The notes under the pieces were generated by a model that saw nothing but the letters and a program-made list of their open reading frames with translations, did no database searches and had not been told where the DNA came from. 64,000 nt of DNA. Source: Camelus dromedarius. Lineage: Eukaryota. The DNA lies in NCBI RefSeq assembly GCF_036321535.1, contig NC_087437.1:104224001-104288000 (forward strand), read 5' to 3'. Position numbers and translations under genes: made by a program. Within the stretch, counting starts at the first letter, position 1; each line of letters begins with the position of its first letter. Below are positions 51,054-64,000 of this stretch, one piece after another.

Positions 51054-53419
51054 CAGCTTTTTTTTTTAAGTTAGTAGGTGGAAATCCAAAGCAGATATTA
51101 ACAAAGTTAGGTGATTCTTTACTCTCCTTTGTAATTCAGGGCTTCTTGATAAAATGAAGGATGGGTTAGAATCCAACCAGCTTATTGAAAATCAGCATGT
51201 GTAAGGAATAAGACTTAATCCTGCAATGAAAAAGTCTCAAAGGGTAGTGAGATAAAAGGAAAAACAGTTCTTTGGTGTCCATCCTCTTCACCTAGGTGGG
51301 CAGGCTTTTTACTGTAATCTTCAGGACTCACTCCCGACTTCTGTGTAAAGTGATAATGGGGAACACAGGATCATCATCTATTTAGGAATATCTTCATTGA
51401 TCCCCTTCCACTGGCAGACTATGAAGAAAGATATTTTTTTCTTTTTTTCTCACTTTCTAGAATATTTGGTGTTTGCTGAAATAAATTTTCAATTATGAAA
51501 TGTTGCCATTGTGCACTTATGTTTAAGATACATGTAACCATTTATGTAATACGCTTTCCCAGTTTATAAATAAAAGCTAAATTGAAAAAAAAAATCCCCC
51601 AAGAACAGTTGTCCCTTAGACTGTGGAGTCCATTAGAAGATCAACCAGGAAACAAGATATTAGCTTCATCTTCTTAAACGTATTATTTTTACAGGTGGCT
51701 CTCTTAGAACTAGCTTCTCCTGGCCTGAACCAGGATAACTCTTCCCTTCAATATTTTATGGGTCTGAAGAACCACAGCTGTTTTCTCCTGGACCAAAAAA
51801 AAAAAAAAAAAAACCAAAAAACCACCCTGACTCCAAGGTCTTTTCTTTCTTTTTCTCTCTTCCTCCTCTTAGGTTATTTTGTATGTTTGAGGAGTGGGAA
51901 GTTGATGCAACACTCGGCAGTAGCAACAGATTTCTTTCCATCTTTTGGTAAATCCTTGGTTAATACCTGTCCCAGTTATTTCCAACTCTCTTTAAAACAT
52001 GCAATACTTAATAAGTCCTTTCTTCAGCTTTGGCTCCTAGTTAATAATTCTGTTTCAACTTCCTCAAATCCCGAGTAACAAGAAAAGCCCTAATCAACAT
52101 CTGATTATTTACTGATCTATTTGGAGTCTCTAAGATAACATGAAAAGAGGAAGTTACTCTAGGAAGGAAGATTAGACTCCTAATTTCAATCTATAGTCCA
52201 TTATGTATGTTTTCCTACTTCAATTTTTAGTGATTATACTATTTCATGTATAATTTCAGAAATGGGACAGAGGGGTAAGTAAAGGAAAAGATGCCTGATT
52301 GTATGCTACGTTTTGGGTTTTTCTTGAAGTAATCTCTGCCTTTGCCACTAATCTGCCTCCTTTGGAGATTATTTCTAACATTCCTGGAGTATGAGAAGTA
52401 TGAGTGGTGACAACATTTCCCACAGAGAATTTTGGGAGGAAAGAATAGCATTTGAGTGCAACACAGATTACACAGATTAGAGACCGTGAGACTGGGAACT
52501 GTCAAGGCGGCTTGTCTCAGACAGGTCTGTTCACTAGCTTGCCTGCACTTGACAGCAAACACTGGCTTTCCTGACTTCTTAATCCTTAATCCCTGCCATG
52601 TTAGATCCTGTGTTTGATACCAGCATGCCACTCGTTTACTGTCAAACGTTTTCTAACCAGGCGTTAGCTTGATGACCTCCTGCCATTCTACACTTTGTGT
52701 GAGTGGACCCTGGCAGGAGGCTGAATAAACCAAATCTCTGGGGAGTACTTTTAACTCATGACCAAAGCCACCCTGCCTATCAAAAATTCTGTTCCCACTA
52801 GGAGGAAACATTTTCTTCATCAGTTACATTTCCCAGTGATTGGTTCCAATGACTTAGGAACAAAATAGAGTTGAATGAGAGTGGAAGAAAAATTTTCTCC
52901 TCCTGTTTCCATTTTGACTCTGGCAAGATTATCTGTGATATACACTAAGTCATGCAGCTCTGCTATGTGTGTATATACCGATAAAGGATGTAAAGAATTG
53001 AAGATGATCTAGACATTGACTAAGTATGTACCAAAATTGTTTGCTTGTCTTGCTAGTGGGACACTACAAGAGGAACATAGTATCTGTGAGAATTTATAAG
53101 AAATAAGTAAAAATCAGCACAGATTTCAAATACCAATAAGGATAACTAAAAAAGTTATTACAAAATAAACTTTCCTTTAAAAGTAAGGCTCTTTATATCC
53201 GTCCAGCTTTTGAAATGCACGCAGTGAACACATCTGAGATGGACAGGATTAGAGATGTGGAAAGAGTATTAAACGATCCAATAACAACCTCTTTTTTGGT
53301 TCGTTAGAGGAAATGTGATATATTTTGTTATTGTTTAGGGAGTCATTCTCCAGTGCGTACAGAACACAAACATAATGTATATTCAGGTTTTCAGAATTGT
53401 TTCCGTCTGAAATTAGATA

Positions 53420-54195
53420 CAGACAATTCTCATTTTGCATGGCTCTGATGCTCCCAAATTCTACTTACTATTGTTAGTTAACTAAAATCGGTCCCCCTGA
53501 AAATATGATCCGAATATATTAGCTAGGTGTGTCAACTGTGGTCAAGTGCATAAACTACACATTTCACAGCTAGTTCTTCGGTGCACAGCACTGCACAAGT
53601 AACCTGTTCATGATCACTGAGAGTCAGGTACTTCAGAGTCAGAGGACAACTGATCACTGTGCATCTTTGGTTCATTCAGTTCATGCCGACAGGGAAGCTG
53701 TGTTGCTTTTTTGTCTCCCAGTGATAAACCCAAGAGACATTTTACCAAAATGGATAATTAAAAGAAGAAATTGGCCAACAAAGATAAAAGTTCAACTAAG
53801 AAAAACCAACACTGGAAGCGAAATTCAAATGCAAGATAAATGGAGTTACAGAAGAAATCGCTACCATGGGGAGGTTGATGCTGCCACGGTTCCGGAGACT
53901 GGAGACGTGCAGGCAGGGAACGTCAGTGAAGGTGAACTTATTCATGAAAATGGGGAAAGTGTTCATGGCAAAAAGGATGAAGCTGTTTCAGAGAAAGTGA
54001 TGCCAGCCAAAACGTCACATTAAAGAAACTCTCAAAGATGTTTCATGACAATGAAAGCTCCAAGGATATAATGTTGGACGTTGATCCAACCTTAAAGCAG
54101 ACTACGGCGATTTGCCAAGGCATAGAAAAAATACTCACTCCGGTGTGTGAATTATACAATGAGAAGAGGAGGACAAGACTGTTCAAACTACTTTA
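53420..54195 (+). mobile_element. Tigger13a-like TcMar DNA transposon with transposase remnant
   Basis: tctcccagtgataaaccc...aaaatggataat...ttggccaacaaagataaaagt...gccaaggcatagaaaa...ctgttcaaactact; acidic tail of ORF 53610-54023 (VSEGELIHENGES). Confidence 0.8.
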
Positions 54196-56283
54196 TCTGG
54201 TGTTAAGTACATAATGATACATTTAAGAAACTAATAAAGTGTTTTAATTCTCAGTGTTTTTATATAGAGTTTAATCTGTCCGAGACAATATATGAGTAGT
54301 TGGACTTTTTTCACCAAAAACTATAAATAGAAACAAAGTTAATCATGTGTCAATCCCTTGATGTACAAGCAAGATGAGACTGAGAATCAGGTAAAAGCAG
54401 TTCAAGTCAGACACTAAGTCAAATGGAACACAACTGCATGACTGAACTGAGTATGGCCATATGAAAAAGGAATCTTCAAAAGGCACTAAATTATCGAGTC
54501 TAAATTTTATAACTTTTTTTTTAACTTCTCTGGAAAAATTCTGTTTAACCAGGAAAGTCCATCAATGGTCATTTGTTAATTCATTTTCAAAATTTTGTAA
54601 ACATAGCCACTTTTACTTAAAATTATACAGACTTAAAATAGGAAGCAATTGAAAATGAGTTATTTTCATTATGTGGATTTTGTTTTCAATTTTTGCTTGT
54701 TTTACTGAATAATTGACAGTGTTTAAAAGGATACAATATCTAGTGAGTTTGATGAAATGCTTTAACCGATGAACCTTATCAAATGTTTAGGTATCCACCA
54801 CTGAAACTCACTTGGTCATTCTTTTCAAATATACCTTCTATTATTCATTACTAGAATAGAATTGACAAAAAAATAAAAGAAACTCATGGCAGGGCTTTTA
54901 CAGCTCACAGTTATTGTATGGGCTATTTTATATTGTGCCTAATTTAAGCATGCAGTAACTATTGATTAAATGGAAGAATGAATAAATAACTGTTTTTAGT
55001 ACATTGGCAAAATCACTGGTTAACATAGGGAAAAAAGATGAGTTCTACTGGATAAAGCATGAAGACAAAGTACTCTGTTTCATCATGTGACTGCTATCTA
55101 AGACCAAGAAAATGAATCCAGTTTTCCAGGCTGTGAAACTTTCAGTTCCTGGCAATCGGAAACAATACAGCATCCACGATCTCCTTGTACCCTTACAAGT
55201 GAAACGGTACATTTACTACAGCAACATCTGCATTTATAAAAAGCAAGAAGATCGATTAATTTATGCTTAGTACAGTATGCAAATATTTGGCTAAAAGAGT
55301 TAATTTAGAAAAGCAAGCTTATTAAGGTCAAATCAGGAAACTAAGTCCTGATTGGGAAGAAATATTTTTTTTTCTTATCAGCAAATTAATTGTCCATAAA
55401 GTGTACCATGTCTAATATAATCTGAGGTGAGTGTATTATATCTAAGAAGAAAAATACTAGTTTGAATTAAATGTTTTACTTTAAAAATTCAGCAATATTT
55501 TGGGTCTTTGACAAATACTGTAGTGTTGGTGAACATTAGGTATGAAGGCCATTAGATGCCTAGATGCAACTATACATGATTGCTACAAAAAGTTAGAATT
55601 AGAAATGGAATTGCCCTACATTAACCTAAGCTGCATTTCAGTTCCTGTCCGCTTTTGAGCTTCTTAATAGGAGAAGCAGGGGAGTGAGGGGAACCATTTA
55701 GTTTTGTTGCATTTGGAGAAACACCAGCTCCCTTCGTTATAATGAAATGTCAGTCCTGGAGCTATTTCCACCAGGGAAATGGCTTCATACTCATTTATAA
55801 TAGCAGCAGGGAATCTAAGTGTGGCCATTGAGACACATGCCACTATTTCAGTGAGAAACAGAATACAACAATAAGATGGGCCGTCCTGACAAAACAACTG
55901 TTCCCTGCTGAATTTTTAAAGACGATATAGATTTAATTTCCTTGGGGAAGGACATTACCTTCCTAAAAGGAACATTCTAACCTGAAACAATGCAGAAATT
56001 TATGGAAGGCCAAAATTTAAAATTCAAGACATGCTGTTGCAATAGATTAAACTGGAAAATATACAATAGGCAGCTTGTTATAAAGAGCTTCTAGTTAGAG
56101 TTTCAATGAACAAAGATAATTTTACATAATCTTTAAACTTTCATAGCACATTAATTTTCATAATGTTGAAGATCCGAGTTCACATTCAATGGAGAAAAAT
56201 TTGAATAAAATCACCTTTCAATTTTCCTAATTCATGCTATTTATGGTCACTTTTAGTTTTGCAAAATTGTACGGTGTTATTTA

Positions 56284-56576
56284 ATGTCACATGGATTTTC
56301 TCATGGGCTGCGCACACAGGTGGCTGCCTCATTCCTGCATAAGTATACCTTAATAATTTATTCGGCTACAGACTCTGGTTATTATAACCCTCCCAAATTC
56401 CTTTTTCCACTTAAAAGAGTTCTCTTCTCCTTGCTGTGCAGGGACCTGCATATGGCATTCCATGGTTGCAGACTCCAAATTGCAATTCTTTGTTGATCCT
56501 GATTAAATCCATTTTTTTTTTTTTTTTTTTTTTTTTGCTGGAGAAATAACTTATAGTCTATTTGTTTAAGGACAAC
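56284..56576 (+). mobile_element. ERV1-class LTR fragment, same family as 40857-41243
   Basis: ggttgcagactccaaattgcaattctttgttgatcc...T25...gctggagaaata. Confidence 0.65.
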
Positions 56577-56801
56577 GCCATTAAGGCTAGCACATCTTAT
56601 TTTCTGGGGTAAAGTAAGCTAGCTAAAGATGAGTTGGAGGAATGTGATTTGTGTATGTTAAGTTTTCTTGACAGTGAGGCATTTCTCATAAGTGCAAGTT
56701 GATTTAGTTTTAGATTTGTGACATGGAGCCAGGCCACTGGGGTGGCTTCCATTTTGTGGATTATTATACATAAATTATCTTTATATTTATATAAAACCTT
56801 G

Positions 56802-56803
<2 letters not shown>

Positions 56804-56833
<30 letters not shown>
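56804..56833. repeat. (GT)15 microsatellite
   Basis: Direct reading. Confidence 0.95.
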
Positions 56834-56838
<5 letters not shown>

Positions 56839-57512
56839 CCTTATGTTTTAAAAAAAAAAAAGTGAATGTTAATATAGCAGGTAATTCCTTTACAAGAAAT
56901 AATGGGACTTATTCATATGATTTATTTATTTTTTCTTTTAAGAAGTAAGTACAGTTTATGTCCTACCCAGCATGTGATTAATAATTATGTTCATATTTTA
57001 ACTATTTCTAACTTTGTAAGGGACCTCTTTATGTACTGCACTGAAGTATGATTTAAATAACTAACCATTCTTTTCTCTCATGTTGGAGATATTTCAAATA
57101 AAACTTTTAAGTATGATATTTCCTTTTTTCTCTGAATTTTACACCATGTCCACTTGTACGTTTGTCTCCTTCATTCAAAGGGGCTCTACTTTTAGTATAA
57201 AGGTCCTATGAAGTGCAATTGTAATGTTGGTAGTATTGATGTGTATTATTTGTAATGTTAGTTTTATATCACATGAATATGTCTACTTTTGTTGAATACT
57301 AAAGAGACATCTGTTGTAAATAATTGAAATGGTAATATTTCCATTTAAAACTGTGTTTTTCCATTAACTCTTCCATGTTATGCATTTACAAATCTTTGAG
57401 AAATAATACAAGCTATTTTAAAATATCCAATAGCATTTTAAAAAGCGAAAAGCTGTCTATAATTACCTAACACTTCTTTTGCTTAATAGTGATACACTAA
57501 ATTTTTTTTGTA

Positions 57513-57828
57513 CTTATTTATGTATGTATTTATTTATTTAATTGAAGTATAGTAAATTACCATATGTCGATCTGTATAGAATAATGTCCCAGTCATGCAT
57601 ATACATACATATATATACATATCACTCATATGTGAAATCTAAAAAGAGAAAAAAGAAGAAACTAATGAACTCATCTACAAAACAGAAACAGACTCGCAGA
57701 CATAGTAAACAATCCTATGGTTACCGGAGGTGGGGGGAAGGGGAAGGGGGGAAGGGATAAATTTGGGAGTTTGAGATTTGCAAATATTAACTACTATATA
57801 CAAAAATAGATGAAAAACAAATTCCTTC
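57513..57828. mobile_element. L1 3' UTR with inversion (minus-strand tail ~57513-57620, plus-strand piece ~57620-57828)
   Basis: (tatt)n aattgaagtatagt..., then atatcactcatatgtgaaatcta...acagaaacagactcgcagacatag. Confidence 0.75.
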
Positions 57829-58859
57829 ACCTTGAATGAAAAATAATATGAAATTTAATGATATAATTCTCTATAATCATGTGTAAATTTAAAAGCACTG
57901 TGTGGGTTGTTTTATAAAAATATATTAAAATGCTGACACTGAATGCAACCTATTCATTGTGTTTTTAAAAATTTCAGAACAGCATTTGCATATGAGCAAT
58001 GAAAATAATCAACTTAATTTGCCCTCCTAGAGAGCACGGAAGTAGCTTTGATTAGCCTGTTGAAAACTTGTGTTGTTTCCCTTGAGTTTGGATGCAGGGG
58101 GTAGAATTGCCAGCAAGATGCATCTCAGTAGGGATCCACAGTGTCAAGGCAAAGCTAAAGTTGACTATATTAAAAATAAAGGGGAAAGGCATTGACTGGG
58201 AACAAACAAGTTGTTTATGCCACAGCAGTCTCTGTCTTCTTTAAAGAATTTATCCATGCTATATGTTACAACCATTAAAATATGCTTGTATTTTCCCCTC
58301 ATTGTTTATTTGGATATTTTTTGCACATGAACATCCAATATGTCCAGTGCTCAAATAGGATTGTGTCTGTTCTCACCAGCCAAGCTGGAAAATCTCATAA
58401 TTCATGGAACATTGAGTAGAATACTTAAGATAATCTTGTCTAGGTAATAGGGAATAATGAGCTTTGGAATGAGGATTGCACTGAACTTACCTAAAAACAT
58501 TAAAAATAATAATAGTACCAGCAAGGATCAACCTATTCCAAGTAAATTAAATGAATCTCCTATACCAACCAAAGCTCAGGGATTCCTAAGATACAAAAAA
58601 TAGTCATCACCAATCAAGATAAAATCTATAATGTCTTGCACCTAATCAAAGATTACCAGGTAGGCAAAGAATCAAGGAAATATAAACCATAATGAGAATA
58701 TTCAATTAAGGAAAATACACCAGAATTGACACATATGTTATAATGTGCAAAGACATTAAAATGGTTATTATAACTATTGTCCATAGGATCAAAAATGTGT
58801 ATAAATATATATATTCCCACACATACATTATGTTTAAATACACAAACACACACAAAAAT

Positions 58860-59735
58860 TAAGAACTAATGACAGATATGTCAGTATACACGTTTTATGC
58901 ATAAACGTGAATTTCCTGTCTTTATCAACTGAGTGGGTCTAGAAGCAGTGATGACCCAGTAGCAATGAACACAATCAAATCTTACAACTTGATTTCTAAA
59001 TACCATTCTAAAATTAGAGCAATCAGGGCTCTGATTTAAGAGCTGAGTAGGGAACATACATGATCAGTCTTGATCATCTAGAAAGAAAGGAAGTGCTCTC
59101 AAAACAAAATGAAAAGGGATACATCAAAGAGATACAGGACTAAAACTGAAAGAACTCTCAATGGCTAATGTTAGAACAATTTGCGCAACAATGTGAATAA
59201 ATATATTGGATTATAATTCAAAGAATACAATAAATATACATGAATCCTTACTGGTAAAAACAAATAACTTATTTAAAATTGAGAAAAAATTTTAAAGACA
59301 TGCAAGGTATCTGTATTAGTTGACTAGAACCCTATAAACTTAGTGTAATCACAAGAAAAAAGTACACAAACCCAAATTTAGGGGCCTTCTATAAGATGCA
59401 CGATTAGTACTATTCAATTATCACAAAGTCATGAAAAATAAGAAGCGTGAATAAACAACAGATGGAGGAGACTGAGGAAACATGCATATCAAATGCAGTA
59501 TAGTATCATGAATTAGATCTGAAACAAAATTTACATTAATGGAAAAATTGGTGAAATATGAATGAATATGTATAGCACTTAAGGTAATACTATTGGCTAC
59601 CTCGGTTTTAACATATATATCATAGTTAATGTTAGTTTAGGGAAAGTTGAGTAACAGACATATGGGAACACTGTGTACTATATTTGCAACTTTCAGTAAA
59701 TTTAAAATTATTCAAAAATATTCATTTAAAAAATT
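58860..59735 (+). mobile_element. L1MC3/L1MC4-like 3' UTR
   Basis: tcaactgagtgggtctagaagcagtgatgacccagtagcaatga...tatgggaacactgtgtactatatttgcaacttt. Confidence 0.75.
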
Positions 59736-59749
59736 ATAATTAGATGCCT

Positions 59750-60290
59750 CATGTAAACAGCAGAATGGCTTAAAATAAAAGCATGACTGGTACTACTTCA
59801 TAGTGGCAAGCATGTAGAGCAACTGGAACTCCCCTCCACTGGGTTGTAGTACATGCAGGTACAAGTAGGTATTGAAACAATTTCTACTGAAGATCAACTT
59901 AAACATACTATATGCCTTAATTTCAATATGACCTAAAATTCAATCAAAATGCACACTTATCTATATCAAGACATGTCAAAATGTAAATAGCATTTAGAAA
60001 TGGCAGCACAAACTGGACGCAACCAAAATTGTTCATGAACAAATGGAAATAAAAAAATACCATAAAGGTAAAAAAAAATGGAAGCTTGCATTGGCTTATT
60101 ATACAGGGAAAGAAAAGAAGAAAGCAGTGATTTAACAGTGATATTCAGGAGTCTTTTGGGGTGTAGGAAGTTTTCTATTTTTGATTTGTGCATTCTTCAT
60201 GTGAGTTTATACATTTTGTCAAATGTGTTTATAAATTTTGCATTTTTATATATTTTACATAAATATAAAACCTTTATTTCAAAAGAAATG
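59750..60290 (+). mobile_element. Ancient L1ME-type 3' end
   Basis: cagaatggcttaaaataaaa...tgtagagcaactggaactc...aaactggacgcaaccaaaattgttca. Confidence 0.6.
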
Positions 60291-60336
60291 TAGAAATTCA
60301 ACTAATAGTGTCTCATCTGCCTTCTTCATACCTTTT

Positions 60337-63300
60337 TTTAAATTGAGGTATGATTGACATACAACTTTATATTAGTTTCAGGTGTACAACATAATGATTT
60401 CATATTTGTTTACTCTGTGAAATAATCACCACAGTAAGTCTGGTTTCCCCCTGTCACCGTAAAAACTAACAAAATATACAATACAATTTACTGGCTATAG
60501 TCACCATGCTATATGTTACATTCCTATGACTTACTTTTTTTATGACTAGGAGTCAGTGGCACTTGAACCTCTTCACCCATTTTGCCCATCCTGTTTCAAG
60601 AAGTTACGAATTCTGATCTTACATTCAGATCTTTAATCCATTTTGAGTTACTTTTTGTGTGTAAGATAGTGGTCCAGCTTCATTTTTTTTTTTTTTTTCA
60701 TTTAGCTGCCCAGTTTTCCCAACATCACCTATTGAATGTGATGTTAACTGTGGGCTTGTCATATATGGTCTTTATTACGCTGAAGTATGTTCTGTGCGTA
60801 TTCACACCATTTTTATTGTAAATGGATATTGAATCTTGACATGATCATATGATGTTTATTCTTCATTTTGTTAATGTGGTGTATCATGTGAACTGATTTG
60901 CAGATGTTCAACTATCCTTGCATCCCTGGCATAAATTCCACTAGATCATAATGTACGATCCTTTCAATTTATTGTTGAATTTGGTTTGCTACTATTTTGT
61001 TGAGAATTTTTGCATCTTTGATTATCAGGGATATTGACTGGTAATTTCTTTCTTTTATTCATTCTTTTTGTAGTATTTTCATCTGTTTTGCTATCAGGAT
61101 AACACTGGTTTTTATAGAATGAATTTGGACATGTTCCTTCCTCTTCAAGTTTTTTGGATTAGTTTGAAAAGAATAGGTATTAAATCTTTCAATATTTGGC
61201 AGAATTCATCAGTGAAGCAAGCTGGGCATCTACTTTTGTTTTTTGGGAACTTTTGTTGTTAATTTATTGATTCAATTTTCTTACTAGCAGTAGACTTTCT
61301 ACTTCTTCATGTTTTAATCTTTGAAGATTATATGTTTCTAGAAATGTATCCATTTATTCTCACTTGACCAATTTTTTGGTGTGCAATTATTTATAGTTCT
61401 CTCTTAGGCTCCTTTGTATTTCTTTAGTGGTGTTGTAATTTCTCCATTTGATTTTATTTATTTTGCCCCCCCCCTTTTTTTTCTTGGTGAAACAAGCTAA
61501 AGATTTGTCAATTTTGTTTACTTTTTAAAAAAAAACAGCTCTTATAGTCACTGATCTTTCCTATTGTTGTTTTTAGTCTCTATTCATTTATTTCTACTCT
61601 GATCTTTACTATTGCCTGTCTTCTACTAAATTGGGCTTTATTAGTTTTTTTCTAATTTTACAGAAATTAGAAATTTAGATTGTTTGCGATTTTTGTTGCA
61701 TCTTGAAGTAGGCCTGTAACACTATTAACCTCCTTTTTAGAACTACTTTTGCTACATTCTACAAATTTTAGTATGTTGTACTTTCATTTTCTTTTGTTTT
61801 GAGGCATTTTTTAAAATGTCTTCATTGACTCATTAGTTGTTTAGTAGCATGTTGTTTGATTGCCAAATATTTGTGCTTTTTTCACTTTCTTTTTGTAATC
61901 AGACTTCCAGTTTCATACCACTCTGGTTGGAAAAGATGCTTGATATGATTTCAACTTTCTTAAATTTACTGACACTTGTTTTGTGGTCTAACATCTATCA
62001 TAGAGAATGCTCAACGTGCACATGAGAAGAATGTGTATTCTGTTTGTTTTTTGGATAAAATGATCTGTATATACCTTTAAATCCAGCTGGTCTAATATGT
62101 CCTTTATGTTCAATGTTTCCTTACTGATTTTCTGTCTGGATGATCTATCCATTAATGTAAGTGAAGTATTAAAATCTACTACCATTATTGTATTGCTTTT
62201 GATTTCTCCCTTTAGGTTTGTTAATATTTGCTTTATATATTTAGATGCTCTTATGTTGATTGCATAAATGTTTATAAATATTTATATCTTTCTGTGGATT
62301 GACTGCTTTATGACTATGTAATGACCTTTGTTTTTTATTACAGTCTATGTTTTAAAATCTATTTTGTTGAATATGTGTAGCTAACCCAGCTTTCTTTTGG
62401 TTTTCATTTGCATGAAACATTTTTTCCATCCTTTAACTCCCAGTCTGTGTTTGCCTTTATATCTGAAATGAATGTCTTATAGGCAGCATATAGATAGGTC
62501 CTATTTCTTGGTTTTCAGTTCAGTTATTGTATTCTTCAGCATTGTGAGTTCTGTTTGGTACTTTATTAATATTTTCCATCTTTTTATTGAAGTTCTCTAT
62601 GTTCATTCTTTCATGTCTCAAGATTGGTGAGAATCTTTATGGCCATTACTTTAAACTCTTTATCAGGCAAATTATTTACCTCCATTTCATTAGTTTTTGT
62701 TTGTTTGTCTGTTTCTGGTGTATTATCTTTCTATATTTTTTTCTGGAACATATTTCTGTTTTCTCATTTTGCTTGACTTTCTGTACTTATTTCTATGCAT
62801 TAGGCAAAATAGCTACTTTTCCTATTCTTAAAGGAGTGGTCACAGGAAGACTAGGGGGCTGTGTTTAAGTCTGCTGTCTATTCAGTGACTTGAGGGGTCA
62901 TAGCCTGCCAAAAATTGTCTTTTCCTTCGTATCAGTCCCATGGGGCCCAGAAATGCAAGTACCCCTGGCCGCCACAGCTTGGCATTCAAGTGGTGTCCTC
63001 TGTGTTGACTGTGCACACCTGCTGGCTTTGGCAGGCAGGACCAAGCACTAAGTGGACTGAGCTTGCTAACTGTGTTTGGTGGGGCAGGGCCGCAAAAGCA
63101 CAGGGGCAGGGCAGGTGGCACTAGCAAGGCAGTGGGATAGGGCAAAAATGGTGCCCATAACAAGGCACTAGTAAAGTAGATGAAAACTACAAATATGTCC
63201 CTGCTAGTGGCTTTGTCTCCCCTGAGAGAGTTTTAGCAGACCCTCTAGAAGATGCCTTAAGACTTGCAAGTGAATCTCCTTACAACAGGTACAGGTGCTT

Positions 63301-63759
63301 ATTAAACTGCTGTTTTTGTTTTGAGTCTCAGGATGGGGGAATGAGTCTATGTGAACCTTTTAAATGTTATTTCATTTCCTACAGCTCTTTGGGTCTCCTA
63401 GACATTAGTCCTGTTGGTTTTCAAAGCCAGTCATTTTGGGGTCTTTTTTTCTGGTGCAGGTCCCAAATGTTGGGGTCCATGATGCGGGGCTCAAATTATT
63501 CATTCCTCATGGGTAAGCTCCATTTTTATTGCATCTCTCTGATTGTGGGTCACTGAACTGGGGGTGTGGTTTTTGGCAAGACTGTGTCTCTACCTCTCCT
63601 TCACATCTCAATGTGACCCTTTTTTGCTTCATTGTGGAATAGCTGTTCTGTTAGTTCTCAGGTCTTTTTAGCAAGAGTTGCTTCATATGTAGCTGTAGAT
63701 TTGATATGGGTGGAGATGAGTCCAGAATCTTACTTTATCGTCTTAAACCACTTTATCCC
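60337..63759 (-). mobile_element. L1 spanning 5' UTR to polyA with several large internal deletions
   Basis: 3' UTR ~60337-60590; ORF2 pieces incl. endonuclease ORF 61988-62185(-) VDFNTSLTLMDRSSRQKISKE; ORF1 piece ~62510-62840; GC-richer 5' UTR-like part ~62870-63750; TSD tcatac(c/t)tttt at 60326-60336 and 63760-63770. Confidence 0.88.
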
Positions 63760-64000
63760 TCATACTTTTATTTTGAGAATCAAACAATATTTTAAAAGCA
63801 AGAAAATGTAAAATACAATTTTTGTAAATATTATTTTATATAAAAATGTTATATTATTAAGTAGAGGTGTTATTATTATTACATCTTTTGGTTTTTAAGG
63901 CAGAGAATAAAGCCCCTAGATAATCTAATTGCAAGATAATTAACACATCCCCTGAGGAACTATAAGGACAGATTTCGTGTCAGTTTAGAGATGTGAGCTA

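Noticed and set aside
51623..52631. 151-aa and 130-aa ORFs
   Set aside because: No recognisable homology or splice structure; the first has a non-ATG start and crosses a polyA run
52796..52810. CTCF-like ccactaggaggaaac
   Set aside because: Lacks the GGCRC end of the core motif
1..64000. Prokaryotic or viral systems (CRISPR, operons, intact ERV genes), tRNA/rRNA/snRNA genes, NUMTs
   Set aside because: No regularly spaced repeats, long ORFs or recognisable RNA-gene or mitochondrial sequence seen by eye

Overview
AT-rich mammalian genomic DNA (gene desert or very large intron), dominated by decayed transposable elements: many L1 fragments of different ages, L2, MIR, ERV/MaLR solo LTRs and DNA transposons (MER58A, MER20, MER8, Tigger13a-like), plus microsatellites. 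The youngest L1 3' UTRs resemble the camelid (alpaca/camel) type, and I saw no Alu, Bov-tA/BovB, PRE-1 or CAN SINEs, so a camelid origin is likely (inference). I recognise no protein-coding gene, RNA gene or CRISPR array; the protein-like ORFs I recognise in the track are L1 ORF2 or Tigger remnants. I cannot support a new biological system here. The best leads are: a MER41-like LTR with a STAT GAS motif nested in a MER21-like LTR; an exact 46-bp dispersed duplication; frame-compatible minus-strand exon candidates; a possible non-L1/L1 chimeric insertion; rearranged L1 insertions; and several enhancer-like unique segments. Repeat family names come from my recall of consensus sequences, not from a search. 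Boundaries of old elements are approximate.
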